This document shows, one piece after another, positions 31,003-41,785 of a stretch of 64,000 nucleotides of DNA (position 1 is its first letter; every line of letters begins with the position of its first letter). This DNA is from Paramoeba atlantica. Its lineage: Eukaryota; Protista; Discosea. The DNA lies in assembly GCA_977017575.1 (NCBI GenBank), contig CDRNVI010000044.1, positions 310,001 through 374,000 of the forward strand, read 5' to 3'. Under the pieces are notes generated by a model, which was not told the origin of the DNA, ran no database searches, and worked only from the letters and a program-made list of their open reading frames with translations. Made by a program: the position numbers and the translations under genes.

Positions 31003-31407
31003 AACCTGTAAAGTCAGTTGTTTTGCACTTTGACTCGTTTTTCGCTCATCCCACCAATGACTTACATATCGTCAGTACGTTGCATATATTATGCATTGCT
31101 TTAAAGAGGTTCAAAGGGGAAATACTTTAAAGGGAGGATAGTAGTTTTTGAAGCATTGTTTTACATCATCACCATTGCATCTATTTTTTACCTGAATTCA
31201 CACGTGCTGACTATTTACGCGCTATCTTAGATCTATCACCTTCATATTCCATGGACTAAGCCTCATTATATGCTTCCTCCATCAGAAGAAATAAAATCAA
31301 ACCCTATCCTTCGTACTTCAACATCAAAAAAACACTGAAGTATCTGACGTTACTAAACTTCAACACGTCATACTATTTTATTCTTATAGATTAGTGGAAT
31401 TAGTACA

Positions 31408-33459
31408 ATGAGTGTTGTTGCAGTTCATGAAGCTCCTCTTGCCGCTCGAGATGTTGAAACAGACAGTGTCAGCTCCGTAGTCTCTCATGAAGTAGGGGGG
31501 TCTCTTTATGTCGGAGATTTGGGTCCCAATGTGTCCGAGACAGCGCTTTTTGAGCATTTTCAATCCGTGGGTCCCATGACGTCAGTGCGTATTTGTCGTG
31601 ACGCCATTACTCGCCAATCCTTGGGGTATGGATACGTCAATTTTGCGGATGCTGCCCATGCACAAACCGCCATTGAGACCAAAAATAGTTCGTATCTTAC
31701 TGGATCTTGTATTCGTGTAATGCCCGTGCAAAGGGATCCTACCACACGGCGAAACGCAGCGGGAAATATTTTTATTAAGAATTTGCCACCTGACTTGAAC
31801 ACAAACTTACTGCTCGATATGTTTCGGTCCATAGGCAATATTCTGAGTTGCAAGGTAGTCGTCGATGAAAAAGGAAAAAGCCGGGGTTATGGATTTGTTC
31901 ATTTCGCAAATGAAGGAGATGCCGAAGTGGCAATTAAGGATTTCAATGGGAAATTTGTCAACAGTCTGGAGCTTTATGTGGCCCCTTTCGTGCGACGTGC
32001 CATACGCCAACAGCAAATGCAAAACAATTACACCAATGTGTACATCAAACATCTTCAATCAGCGACTACGGAAGAGGATATCCGTGAGCACTTTAAGCAA
32101 TTTGGGAGTATCACCAGTACATGCACAAAAAAGGACCCCACGGGTCGTCTATTCGCATTTTGCAGCTTCTCGAAGCACGACGAAGCTGTAAAAGCGATTG
32201 AGGAATCACATGACAAGAACGTGGAAGGTATCACTGATGCAGATCTTAAGCTTTATGTCCAACGAGCCCAGAAAAGATGGGAACGTCTAGCAGAGCTACG
32301 AGCCCGTTACGAGCAAAACCGTTTTTCCGGCTTGGGATCCAAAGGCAACAACTTGTATGTGAAGAACTTCGGAGACCATGACAGCACAGAACTGCGAGAT
32401 TTGTTTCGCGAGTACGGTGAGATTAACAGTGTGTTTGTCGCCAAGGATGATACCGGAGCCCCCCGTGGGTACGCCTTTGTGTGCTTTTCCAAAGCCGACG
32501 CCGCAAGCCAAGCTCTCCGCGAGATGAATGGCCGCCTGTTAAACAACAAACCCCTCTACGTCAACGTGGCACAAAAGAAAGAAACCCGCCGCACCATGCT
32601 CCAAATCCAGTTCAGTCGTCCTCAAGGCATCGGCAACCTCCCGGGGGCCTACACCGGGTACGGCACCGTTGGACTCACCTCCAGCTACGGCGTCAACACC
32701 GCCCTGATGCCTTTTCGGTGGTACTCCTCCCCCCAGGCCGCGGCGTTGTTTATGTACGACCCCGCGACCTCCTCTCACGGAGCAGGAGGCGGGCTCCCCC
32801 CGTACGCTATCCCCCGTCCCCTGTCCCGACGACAACTCCCCCCGGCACGTGGTCGCGTCCCCTACCGAGGAGCAGCAGCAGCAGCAGCAGCAGCCTACCA
32901 TGACCGACGCCTCTCTCGTCGACCGCAGCCCCAAAGTGTATATCATGACAGACAGCAACAGCAGCAGCAACAGCATCTTGTGGAAAATCCAACAGAAGCA
33001 GCAGGAGCGGGGCTGGTGCCTCCAACCGGGGGGTTGGTGGAAGGCACTGGGGTGGGGGGGGCCCTCCCCTCGGTGCCCTCCACTCCCGCGTTACGTAGTG
33101 AGACGGGGGGTAGTACCGCGGGTGGGGTGGGCAAGACCCCCTCCCGGCTGCATGGGACCCCTGTGGGGACGCGACCTGTGCCGCTGCCCTCCCCGATGCT
33201 GTCCGCGACACTGAAGGTGGAGGACCTCGCGGGGTTGTCCGTGGAGGAGCGTCATGGGGTGCTGGGGGAGCGGCTGTATGTGGCGATCCATGGGATCTAC
33301 CCTGAGGAGGCGCCGAAGATTACGGGAATGCTGCTGGAGACGGAGCCGGAGGAGTTGGTGCGGTTGTTAAGCCACCCGGCGGATTTGCAGGAGAGGGTGC
33401 GGGAGGCGTATGGTGTGTTGCAAGCCTACCGGAAGCGGAGTGAGGAGTATGGTACGTGA
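31408..33459 (+). CDS. PABP: Poly(A)-binding protein (4 RRMs plus MLLE)
   Basis: SLYVGDL, SLGYGYVNF, GNIFIKNL, SRGYGFVHF, TNVYIKHL, NLYVKNF, LGERLY...KITGMLLE. Confidence 0.97.
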   Translation: MSVVAVHEAPLAARDVETDSVSSVVSHEVGGSLYVGDLGPNVSETALFEHFQSVGPMTSVRICRDAITRQSLGYGYVNFADAAHAQTAIETKNSSYLTGSCIRVMPVQRDPTTRRNAAGNIFIKNLPPDLNTNLLLDMFRSIGNILSCKVVVDEKGKSRGYGFVHFANEGDAEVAIKDFNGKFVNSLELYVAPFVRRAIRQQQMQNNYTNVYIKHLQSATTEEDIREHFKQFGSITSTCTKKDPTGRLFAFCSFSKHDEAVKAIEESHDKNVEGITDADLKLYVQRAQKRWERLAELRARYEQNRFSGLGSKGNNLYVKNFGDHDSTELRDLFREYGEINSVFVAKDDTGAPRGYAFVCFSKADAASQALREMNGRLLNNKPLYVNVAQKKETRRTMLQIQFSRPQGIGNLPGAYTGYGTVGLTSSYGVNTALMPFRWYSSPQAAALFMYDPATSSHGAGGGLPPYAIPRPLSRRQLPPARGRVPYRGAAAAAAAAYHDRRLSRRPQPQSVYHDRQQQQQQQHLVENPTEAAGAGLVPPTGGLVEGTGVGGALPSVPSTPALRSETGGSTAGGVGKTPSRLHGTPVGTRPVPLPSPMLSATLKVEDLAGLSVEERHGVLGERLYVAIHGIYPEEAPKITGMLLETEPEELVRLLSHPADLQERVREAYGVLQAYRKRSEEYGT

Positions 33460-33774
33460 AGAGGTGGGAGATTGAATAAGTGTGGGGGTTTTCAGTAAGA
33501 ATTTGTTACATCATTGAGGAACGAAAGTATACATGCTGGTTAGTAAAAGATGGGATGGGTATTCTTGTTAAAAAAGAGTGATCTTTTGAAGTAATTTACA
33601 AATTTACGAAAGGTTGTTTTTTAAACCGTTTCATGAGTGGAATTCCTCTTCATTCTCTTAGTCTCAATGCATTTGTAAAGCATTTTTATAGCTTTCTTGT
33701 TCGTTCCCATTTATTTTGAGACTGTTGTGACCTGCAATCAAACTCATTTCATTTCCACTCTTTTGATCTCTTCA

Positions 33775-35295
33775 ATGCCAGAAGCTGCAGAAGTCGCTAA
33801 TCCGTCCATACTAGAAGAAATTCGCACTTTGCATAGTGACCTTGAGCAGTGTTATCGTTCCATTACTCCGCAGCTATTAATCAATCGTCGAACTCTGCAC
33901 CCAAGACATATCGTCCTAATGCGTCATTACATTTGCGAAAAGTTGCTAGAGGCTCAAAAAACATCCCGTACTCTGGTGGAGATCTACCGGGGATCTGACA
34001 TTACCACACTTCGATCACCAGACAGCAATACTTTGCCCGTTGCTCTACAACAATTCCAAGGCGAGATGCAAAAGATAATAAAGCACACTGCATCCCGGGG
34101 AAGACTTGGAGAAAGGTCAGAGCAAAACATTCCAATGTGCCCGATAACGCCTTATATCGAATCCACCGTGAACTCATTCTCTCGCTATACAACCAAAGGG
34201 AAGTTCAGTGGAGAGGAGGGATTTGGCCAGTATCTTGATTTAATAGAAGCACATCAGGCGTACGTCCAACTTTGGAATGATTTTAGTCAGGAGGTGAAAG
34301 AGTCAGCATCAGTTTGGCCCATAACCTACAAGGTCTATCTTGAACGCTATTTGAGCGATTTCGAGGTTTTGCCTAAGTATATACGCTTGATTCCAGATGA
34401 ATTTGTAGTGGAAGAAGACGAGAAACACGTCAGTGGAAGTCAGGCATACTGCGATTATCTTTCCTATTTGGGAAATACACTTCGAGATGCGCACTTGCGC
34501 CTTTTTCCACTAGAGGGTACATGTCTTTTAGAAAAGGAAGCACGCTTCTCGTTATCATCTGCGACAAAAAATTCTGGCGAATGCGCTATTACAGACAAGA
34601 GCACAATTGAAAGCACCTGGAATATATTGAAAGAAAAGTCGGCGACATGCAGGGCCCTAATGATTAATCAACTGGAAGATCGAGTACGCTTTTGGATTTC
34701 TCAAGTAGGTCATCGTCTGATCCATACGATACGCCGGCAGGAGAACAAGATTACCATTACTCCCGAAGAACTTATGGACGCCGAGCTCCGGGAAGAGGAT
34801 GCCATGCGGGAATCTGTTCTCAAGACGAATGAGCTCATTGATTATACGCAAGGTGTACTGCTCTCACCTGACTGTTCTACATTAGACAAGGAGAAAAGGG
34901 CAGTGGAAAAAGAAGAATTGGGGTGGGATGGAAACAAAATTCCTGTATGGCTCCGAAAAGCGCACGGCTTGAAAGTAAAGCAAAAATGTGAAATATGCGG
35001 AAAGATATACGCAGGACCACAAATCTTTGAGCAGCACTTTAAGGAATCTTTTCATATCAGTGCGTTAGCCCGATTGGGTATACCGAATACGCCTCATTTG
35101 CACGGCATTACTTCTGTAAATGAGGCCACCATTCTTTGGCAGAAACTGTGTTCCCAATTGGAAAACCAGAAGCAGGAGCAGTGGAAACCCGATGACGAGG
35201 AATTGGAGGATCGCGAAGGGCAAACGCTTCGTCGGGGCCAGTATCTAGAACTTAAGCGACAAAGAACAGGAGCGACCAATTGGGTTCATAGCTAG
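33775..35295 (+). CDS. SF3A3: U2 snRNP splicing factor SF3a60/Prp9
   Basis: FSGEEGFGQYLDL; GWDGNKIPVWLRKAHGL...CEICG...FEQHF...H...LGIPNT...IT. ATG at 33775. Confidence 0.92.
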   Translation: MPEAAEVANPSILEEIRTLHSDLEQCYRSITPQLLINRRTLHPRHIVLMRHYICEKLLEAQKTSRTLVEIYRGSDITTLRSPDSNTLPVALQQFQGEMQKIIKHTASRGRLGERSEQNIPMCPITPYIESTVNSFSRYTTKGKFSGEEGFGQYLDLIEAHQAYVQLWNDFSQEVKESASVWPITYKVYLERYLSDFEVLPKYIRLIPDEFVVEEDEKHVSGSQAYCDYLSYLGNTLRDAHLRLFPLEGTCLLEKEARFSLSSATKNSGECAITDKSTIESTWNILKEKSATCRALMINQLEDRVRFWISQVGHRLIHTIRRQENKITITPEELMDAELREEDAMRESVLKTNELIDYTQGVLLSPDCSTLDKEKRAVEKEELGWDGNKIPVWLRKAHGLKVKQKCEICGKIYAGPQIFEQHFKESFHISALARLGIPNTPHLHGITSVNEATILWQKLCSQLENQKQEQWKPDDEELEDREGQTLRRGQYLELKRQRTGATNWVHS

Positions 35296-35626
35296 AAAGT
35301 TGTGGTTCTTACAATATCTTTGACAGGTTCACGAATTGCCAACTGGTTTCCTTTAATAATCTGCATCCATCTTTTAAATATACATGTATTCTCCCTTAAA
35401 AAATCCTACTCCTACTAAAAGATTGACAACTTAAGTTATGTTCTACGTGCCTCAAAAAATCTAATGTTATGGAAGTATAGTTCGTTATGTTCTTTACATT
35501 CCAAAATCACCTCTCTGCAATGTTGACCCATCTGGTTTTGAGTATGTTGCATGAGCAGGTAGACCAAAGCGGTGTTCACGAGACGCATTTCAGCCTTGAA
35601 GACGTATCGTTGCGTTCACGTGGCCC

Positions 35627-36949
35627 ATGATTAAGGGGTTGCTCACCTTTACGGCAGTATCTAGCGGTGTGTTTGTGGTATACAATGTTTTTCAAAACCC
35701 CGTAGTCCGAGCCGATATGTTAGCCATCACATCTCTCCATGATACACATGGAGAAAATAGTCCTCTCTGGCATAATGCACAAGCCGGTTTTCTTGGAGAG
35801 CACACCACACCAGATCCATGGATACGGAACGATTCACATGACTATAATCCGTATGAGGAAATTTGTCACGCTGGTGTAACGCTGCAATGTTGCACAACTC
35901 CTAACGGAACGCAGTGGATTTTACAACCACGAGGTCAGAGTTCCCAATCCGGTACCGCGCCCATCACTGCAAAATCACCCCTTCACTACAACCCTCAACA
36001 CTCTCCTACGGATTCAACATCCCCTTCTCCGTACTTTCTCTCAGCAACTCGAAATCCTCGGATTTCCACACCCCACCCTTTTCCCCCACCCACGCCCACC
36101 CCCTACACCTCTCTTGGCTCCTACGAGGAGCACAAGGGACACTCTCGGCTAATCCGGTTTGCGCTTCCCCGCGCAAGCGACCCGATCCACCCCCGGGGGG
36201 TCTCTACCGTCTACATACAGCCCGCAACCCCCACGAGTGAGGGTTCGAAAAACAAGGAAAACGTAGATACGAAAAAAGAGCGTATTTCGGGGGATTTCGG
36301 AGCTCAGGGTGGCCCTTCTCTCGGGGTACCCTACTTTGCCATCCCCTCGGACCAACACAAGGGGTACTTTGACTTGTTAGTGTGGAACGCCCCATCTCAT
36401 TCCGCACTGTATCACTCCCACGAGGTAGGAGACACCGTGGTGGTACGGGAGGGGGAGTGTGTGCTGCGCTACCCCCGGGGGAGTAGGAGCGATTTCCGCC
36501 ACGTACTTCTGTTGCTTGACCCTACCGGGGTGGCACCCGGGTTGCAGTTTATTGAGGAAATCCGGGCATGTCGGAGGGGGGAACCTACGGGAGGGGGGGC
36601 CGTAGCAAAAGGAACTCACCCTCTCCCCGCGGTGCCTAATCTCCATGTGATGTATCTGAAACCTCCGGGGTGGTCAATGGACACCCCGCTGGATCGTCGG
36701 CTAGAGAGGTCATTGGGTGCATACCGTAAGGAGGCGTTAGGGAGCGACGCCCACTTGCACTATGTTACCTCGGGTACTGCGCATACACTGGAACACGCGG
36801 TACGGACCATACCTCCTCACACCTTGGTGGTTGCCATGCTCTCTTCCCAAGCGATGCAGTCATTTAGGATGAAGTACAATACATGGGTGGCAGAGAAAGG
36901 GGAGCAACCGACGTCGTCAGGAAAATGTATTATGCTCACCACGAGGTAA
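35627..36949 (+). CDS. Membrane-anchored cytochrome-b5-reductase/FNR-like protein, divergent
   Basis: N-terminal hydrophobic anchor; FDLLVW...VGDTVVVREG; HVLLLLDPTGVAPGLQFIEEI resembles the NAD-binding xGGTGIxP motif. Confidence 0.55.
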   Translation: MIKGLLTFTAVSSGVFVVYNVFQNPVVRADMLAITSLHDTHGENSPLWHNAQAGFLGEHTTPDPWIRNDSHDYNPYEEICHAGVTLQCCTTPNGTQWILQPRGQSSQSGTAPITAKSPLHYNPQHSPTDSTSPSPYFLSATRNPRISTPHPFPPPTPTPYTSLGSYEEHKGHSRLIRFALPRASDPIHPRGVSTVYIQPATPTSEGSKNKENVDTKKERISGDFGAQGGPSLGVPYFAIPSDQHKGYFDLLVWNAPSHSALYHSHEVGDTVVVREGECVLRYPRGSRSDFRHVLLLLDPTGVAPGLQFIEEIRACRRGEPTGGGAVAKGTHPLPAVPNLHVMYLKPPGWSMDTPLDRRLERSLGAYRKEALGSDAHLHYVTSGTAHTLEHAVRTIPPHTLVVAMLSSQAMQSFRMKYNTWVAEKGEQPTSSGKCIMLTTR

Positions 36950-37211
36950 GCGGTACGACGCTGTCAGATAGACATTATATTTCAGGATATACATATGCAT
37001 GTAGATTTTCTATGCACGTAGATTTTATGCATGTAGATGCATAGAGAAACGGATTCCCGTATGCAAAGGTACTGAAAGCAGCGCCAAGTTTCTCTGATAG
37101 AGCAAACATAGTTTTTTTTTACATGAGTATTCATAGTATTGATACTTTACACCTTTTTTCGGCATGTTTTTGAATATTTAAATTCTTGGGAATTTTATCT
37201 TTCGGTTAACA

Positions 37212-37640
37212 ATGGCTCCGCAGTTAACATCTGGTCAACAAGAAGTGGTCGAATATGAACAAAGAATCAACGAAATGAGGGATGATTTATCAAAATTGAG
37301 TATGCAGCAAAATCAGCTACAAACGCAGCAGCTGATTCTGGAAAGAGACAAAAAGAAGGCTTCCATTACACTTAGAGAGCTGCAAAAATTATCTAAAACA
37401 CATAGATGCTACGAAGCACTTGGGCGAGCATTCGTTCTAGCTCCCGTGACCGATCTCCTTAATTCCGTAGAGCATCACCAAAACCAACTTGGACAAGATC
37501 TCGACAATTGTGACCACCGTAAAGCCAAAGTGAATGAAACTATAAAAGATAAAGAAGTTCACTTTCAAAAATCCTACGAAGAATTCGCAAAATTGGTACG
37601 AGAACATTTCCCTCAAAACTCAACTTTGAGTAAGAAATAG
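37212..37640 (+). CDS. PFDN1: Prefoldin beta subunit, probably subunit 1
   Basis: Two coiled coils around ELQKL...CYEALGRAFVL. Confidence 0.75.
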   Translation: MAPQLTSGQQEVVEYEQRINEMRDDLSKLSMQQNQLQTQQLILERDKKKASITLRELQKLSKTHRCYEALGRAFVLAPVTDLLNSVEHHQNQLGQDLDNCDHRKAKVNETIKDKEVHFQKSYEEFAKLVREHFPQNSTLSKK

Positions 37641-37962
37641 TGGATAGGGTGCGCATTAATCTTTTTTATGATACTTTATCTGTGTTTTTCGGTAAACATT
37701 GGCGGACTGGAGCCGCGTATTGAGCTCAAGATAAGACTGTACCTTTGTATGTCGAAAATTCAGTTTGTCTACTCTGCAAGTACAATATACAGAATGCAGG
37801 TAAAAAATGTACTGCAGGTAAAATGGTTTAAAGTAAGTTACAGTACACTCTAGTAGTTGAAGTACAGAATAATCAAGCCGATGGGTATCAACTTAAAAAT
37901 TGCCCAAAACGTTTAATATGCTCAGAACTTTGACGCAAGGATCTTTGGGGTAAATTTAGACC

Positions 37963-38856
37963 ATGAAGCAACTGAACTCTCATCATCGACGAGACGAGTA
38001 TGTTCCTCGAGAAAATCGACGCGAATACAAGTCTATTTTACGTAAAAAGGTAGAAGCACTGCAAGAACTTCCTCCTCAGACTTGTCCTTGCGCATATCCA
38101 TGTCCTGGGTGGTATCTACGCAGTCCACACTCTCAATCATATTACCCGTTTCTTATCAGAACCGATACATTAAAGAATGTGGAGCAGCGGCTTCCATGTT
38201 TCATGGTTTCTCTCATTCGGCAATGGTTGGATTTTAATCCACCAATTGGGAAAGTTGAATGCACATCAGACTATTCTTTATATCGAGTGTGGATTCCCTT
38301 TGAAATCGTGTTAGGGTACTCGCCGCACATTGAAAAGGTGGGAAAAAGCGTCGCAGCTGCAACTATTCACAGACCAAGGAAGATGGGTCCTGCCATGTGC
38401 TGGAAAAGGGAATGCGTAGTAAGCATGAAATCAGTCTTGCGATTGGAGGAGGACACTTCCGAGACCGAAACCTTTACAACCCTTCGGCACGTCGACTCAG
38501 AAGAAGGTTCAGATGAAAGCACACCTTCTGGAGGGAAAACTAATTTTACCTATACTGACGTAACGTGCTGGGGTCAACCGACTCTTCCAACGGATCCCGA
38601 ATCGGAAAGGGCTGCTCGGTCAGGTGACTGTACCCAGTTGCACAATAGTGAGCATTCCTCTCTTATCACGACATGCGCAGTGATTGATGGAAGAACGCTT
38701 TCTTACACCCCGCAAGAAGCCCGCAGGTTGTCTGCTTCGCAACAAGGCGAAATTTGGTACGATTGGGTTGTACCGCATACAGCCCAGCGCGTGGTTGAGA
38801 CATTTCTCCGCACCAGTATACAAAAAAAGCTCATTAGCAGTGTTGATCCAGATTAA
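37963..38856 (+). CDS. Hypothetical protein
   Basis: 297-aa ATG-started ORF in the gene run with protein-like composition; no family recognised. Confidence 0.65.
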   Translation: MKQLNSHHRRDEYVPRENRREYKSILRKKVEALQELPPQTCPCAYPCPGWYLRSPHSQSYYPFLIRTDTLKNVEQRLPCFMVSLIRQWLDFNPPIGKVECTSDYSLYRVWIPFEIVLGYSPHIEKVGKSVAAATIHRPRKMGPAMCWKRECVVSMKSVLRLEEDTSETETFTTLRHVDSEEGSDESTPSGGKTNFTYTDVTCWGQPTLPTDPESERAARSGDCTQLHNSEHSSLITTCAVIDGRTLSYTPQEARRLSASQQGEIWYDWVVPHTAQRVVETFLRTSIQKKLISSVDPD

Positions 38857-39029
38857 TGGGGCTAGAGAATACGCTTTTCGTGGTTATCAATACATAGCTT
38901 TTTACTTTCCGGTATAACGAAGATTTGGGACAAACAATTCAAAAGGCATGTTGATAAAATTAGTCTCTTATTGATCAAATATATTCTTTTGGGAAGAGAA
39001 GACATTCAATTTATAAAAGAATAGTTGTT

Positions 39030-41489
39030 ATGTTTTTTCGCTCCTTCCTCCGCCGTGATTTTCGAACACAGAGGATTCAAGAAGTATGCACCTCACTTAC
39101 AAGAAAGAAAGAAGAATTCGATCACGTTGCTATTGATTTAGGAGACCTCATCGCAAATGCGTATAGGGCTAAAGAGTTTAGAAACCTTGTGGGGTCAGAT
39201 AGGTTTGAGCCTATGTATAAGCATGTTCAGAACAACCTTACGAATATCCTCCGGAAGATACATGCTCGAAAGTCACTAGTGTTTCTTCTTGACGGAACCG
39301 AGGGGATGTGGAAGTGTCGAAAATATCGGAAACGAATGACTAAAAAACAAGACGGATATACTCAACGAACCGCTGGAAGTCCGCTTGTGTTTGCTATTGA
39401 GGACCGTCTACAATGCGCACTGCTAACTCGCCAATCACCTTCGGAACTTTTGTTTAGTGGGACCATGACACCAGGGTGCGCTGAATCCAAAATGGTATCG
39501 TGGGCACTGGACCTTGCTGCTCGTACGGATGTTTCGAAGAATGAGTCCATATGTTTGATTGGAAGTACGCAACTTTTTATGACGGCGGTGGGTATCACTC
39601 CGTTCTTAAACATAACTTGTTTAAAATTTGATATGGGAGAATTTCGAATGTACACATTACCTGCAGTCTTAGAATGGCTCGATTTGAATAGATTTATGGA
39701 AAACGGGGAACTGGGAGCACTCTCACGTATACGGACCGACGTTGTCCTTTTGTTGCTCTTTCTCGAAGGGTGGAGTGTGAGTGAAGTAGGCGATGTATCT
39801 GGTATGGATGCCAAGGACCTTCTTCAGGCATACCACAACGTTTGTGTATCAGAAAAAGTCTATTTATTCGAAGAAGAGCCTGGTAGAGTAGGTCTCGACG
39901 TAGCTCTTTTAACAAAACTATTGCTACGCGTTAACAAAGCAAGGCAGCAGAAGGCTAGACAGTCGTCAGCAGAGGATTACCTAGAGATCGTACTACAAGC
40001 CCATCATATGCTTACAGTTGGTGGAATAAGCAACCAAATGTATTCTTTACCTACCAAGGCAGATCCGGAGAAAGCACTCAATCTGGTAACCGCTGACAGT
40101 CTCTATTCTCAACTGAAACTCTTGAAAACATCTCGTCTGTACTGCACGTCTTCGAGCGAACGCCTAAATCCGCTTGAGTACTTTCTTACAACGCTTAATA
40201 CAGAGCTACAACTAAGTGAAGCATTGAAGACTTATGCTCCATCAAAGTTTTACAAATACAATACCGGTACAGTTGAAAAGCTCATTAACATTGAAGATAC
40301 TTTTGACGCGTTAAATGACGCACGCAACATGTTAAAGGATCTTCGAACGCGTCACAAGGCGTTGAAGGAAGCTCCCACTCACATGTGGATGCGCGTGTCC
40401 GGGGCAATGGGCCCCCCTCCAGGCTACGTCTATTTCGCGTGTGATCTCGGAGGCCTTGCTCGACGGCACGACGTTCGAATAAACGCGGCTGCGGGGAAGG
40501 GTTTCGAGGATACCAAGATGGTCAAAGGAAATACGCCTCGCCTCATAGGATATGATGCTAGTCAAACAATTTGGGAAGCTTACGAAGCGGCTAAAACTCT
40601 GCCAGAGAACCAATCTGATTTTCCGCAATTCAGGGAACTGAAGATTGTCACATGGAATGTTCAATTTAGTCGTTTTTCCGGACAGAAGACACCACTAGGT
40701 CGTCCCGGAATTGATTGGTGTTCAGATACGAGATATATTGCGCTGTCGAAGATTCTTTCAGACACAGACGCCGATATTATTGCAATGCAGGAGTGTGAGT
40801 CGCCTTGGTGGAGATATTTAACTTCTCAAAATTGGGTTCGAAAGCATTACTATCTAAGCAGTGCGGAAGACGGAGACTGTCTTTCTCCTTGGGGGAACCT
40901 TGTACTGATAAATCGACGTCTTCCCATTAGCGCTTTACAGCATGTGAATCTTCCAGGCTTTGCAGGACATCGTAGTATTGCACCAATAATAACGATTCAA
41001 ATGACTCCTACCCGAGCGTTACACATCATTTGTATTCATCTCATGGCCCCTTTTACCACGGAAAATGAAGACAATAGAAAAACTCAAGTAACTAATTTAA
41101 TAAGAAGATTAGAAAATCGGTATCATCAGCAAGAATTCATCCTTCTCGGAGACTTCAATGATTATCCAACCAATATGTTGAGCTTCCCGCCTTCCCTAGG
41201 TTTAAAGGATGCGTGGGTTGAGGCACACGGTGATGATCCGGACACACAAGCAGATGCTTACACCATAAACGGCGATCGCAACAAATATACTTCACTAATT
41301 ATTGAGCCCGATTTCTTTGGACGTGCCGATCGTATATACTTTCGAGCACCCACACTCTCCGCCTCTGCTTCTGAACTTGTGGGAAGGCGAGATGTTCGTA
41401 CCGAATTATGCATTACCACATGTCCGGAATATTTATTTCCTTCAGATCATTTTGGAGTGCTTTCCACTTTTGCGGTAAATTCAAAATGA
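39030..41489 (+). CDS. KREX: RNA-editing U-specific exonuclease KREX1/KREX2 (XRN-like N-terminus plus EEP domain)
   Basis: Mitochondrial presequence MFFRSFLRR; N-terminal LVFLLDG...PGCAESK; EEP motifs TWNVQF, IAMQEC, LGDFND, RADRIY, PSDHFGV; TPLG-x-PGIDWC segment. Confidence 0.8.
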   Translation: MFFRSFLRRDFRTQRIQEVCTSLTRKKEEFDHVAIDLGDLIANAYRAKEFRNLVGSDRFEPMYKHVQNNLTNILRKIHARKSLVFLLDGTEGMWKCRKYRKRMTKKQDGYTQRTAGSPLVFAIEDRLQCALLTRQSPSELLFSGTMTPGCAESKMVSWALDLAARTDVSKNESICLIGSTQLFMTAVGITPFLNITCLKFDMGEFRMYTLPAVLEWLDLNRFMENGELGALSRIRTDVVLLLLFLEGWSVSEVGDVSGMDAKDLLQAYHNVCVSEKVYLFEEEPGRVGLDVALLTKLLLRVNKARQQKARQSSAEDYLEIVLQAHHMLTVGGISNQMYSLPTKADPEKALNLVTADSLYSQLKLLKTSRLYCTSSSERLNPLEYFLTTLNTELQLSEALKTYAPSKFYKYNTGTVEKLINIEDTFDALNDARNMLKDLRTRHKALKEAPTHMWMRVSGAMGPPPGYVYFACDLGGLARRHDVRINAAAGKGFEDTKMVKGNTPRLIGYDASQTIWEAYEAAKTLPENQSDFPQFRELKIVTWNVQFSRFSGQKTPLGRPGIDWCSDTRYIALSKILSDTDADIIAMQECESPWWRYLTSQNWVRKHYYLSSAEDGDCLSPWGNLVLINRRLPISALQHVNLPGFAGHRSIAPIITIQMTPTRALHIICIHLMAPFTTENEDNRKTQVTNLIRRLENRYHQQEFILLGDFNDYPTNMLSFPPSLGLKDAWVEAHGDDPDTQADAYTINGDRNKYTSLIIEPDFFGRADRIYFRAPTLSASASELVGRRDVRTELCITTCPEYLFPSDHFGVLSTFAVNSK

Positions 41490-41785
41490 AAAAAAGAGAA
41501 CGCAGCCTCATGTGTCTTGAATTTTTGTTTTAGCTTTGCCTAATTCAACGAATGTTGAGATTCGCTCAGGGCAGGATTGCGAGTGCAGCAAACAACCCTT
41601 CCATTCATAACCACATGAAGGATTGTATGAAGTCTACAGAAGGACTACATAGGTATATGAGGCTACACATCTTCATTGGATATCAAATTTATAGGAAGTT
41701 GAAGTTATTGAGTATTATGATAGAAAGGTGAGTAATGAGAAAATATTGAATAGATCAATTTGGAATAAAGTACTTATTTTAATTT

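Noticed and set aside
20264-33459. Ataxin-2 (PAM2) and PABP (MLLE) near each other as a functional cluster
   Set aside because: Kinetoplastid polycistrons are not functionally ordered, and five unrelated genes lie between them.
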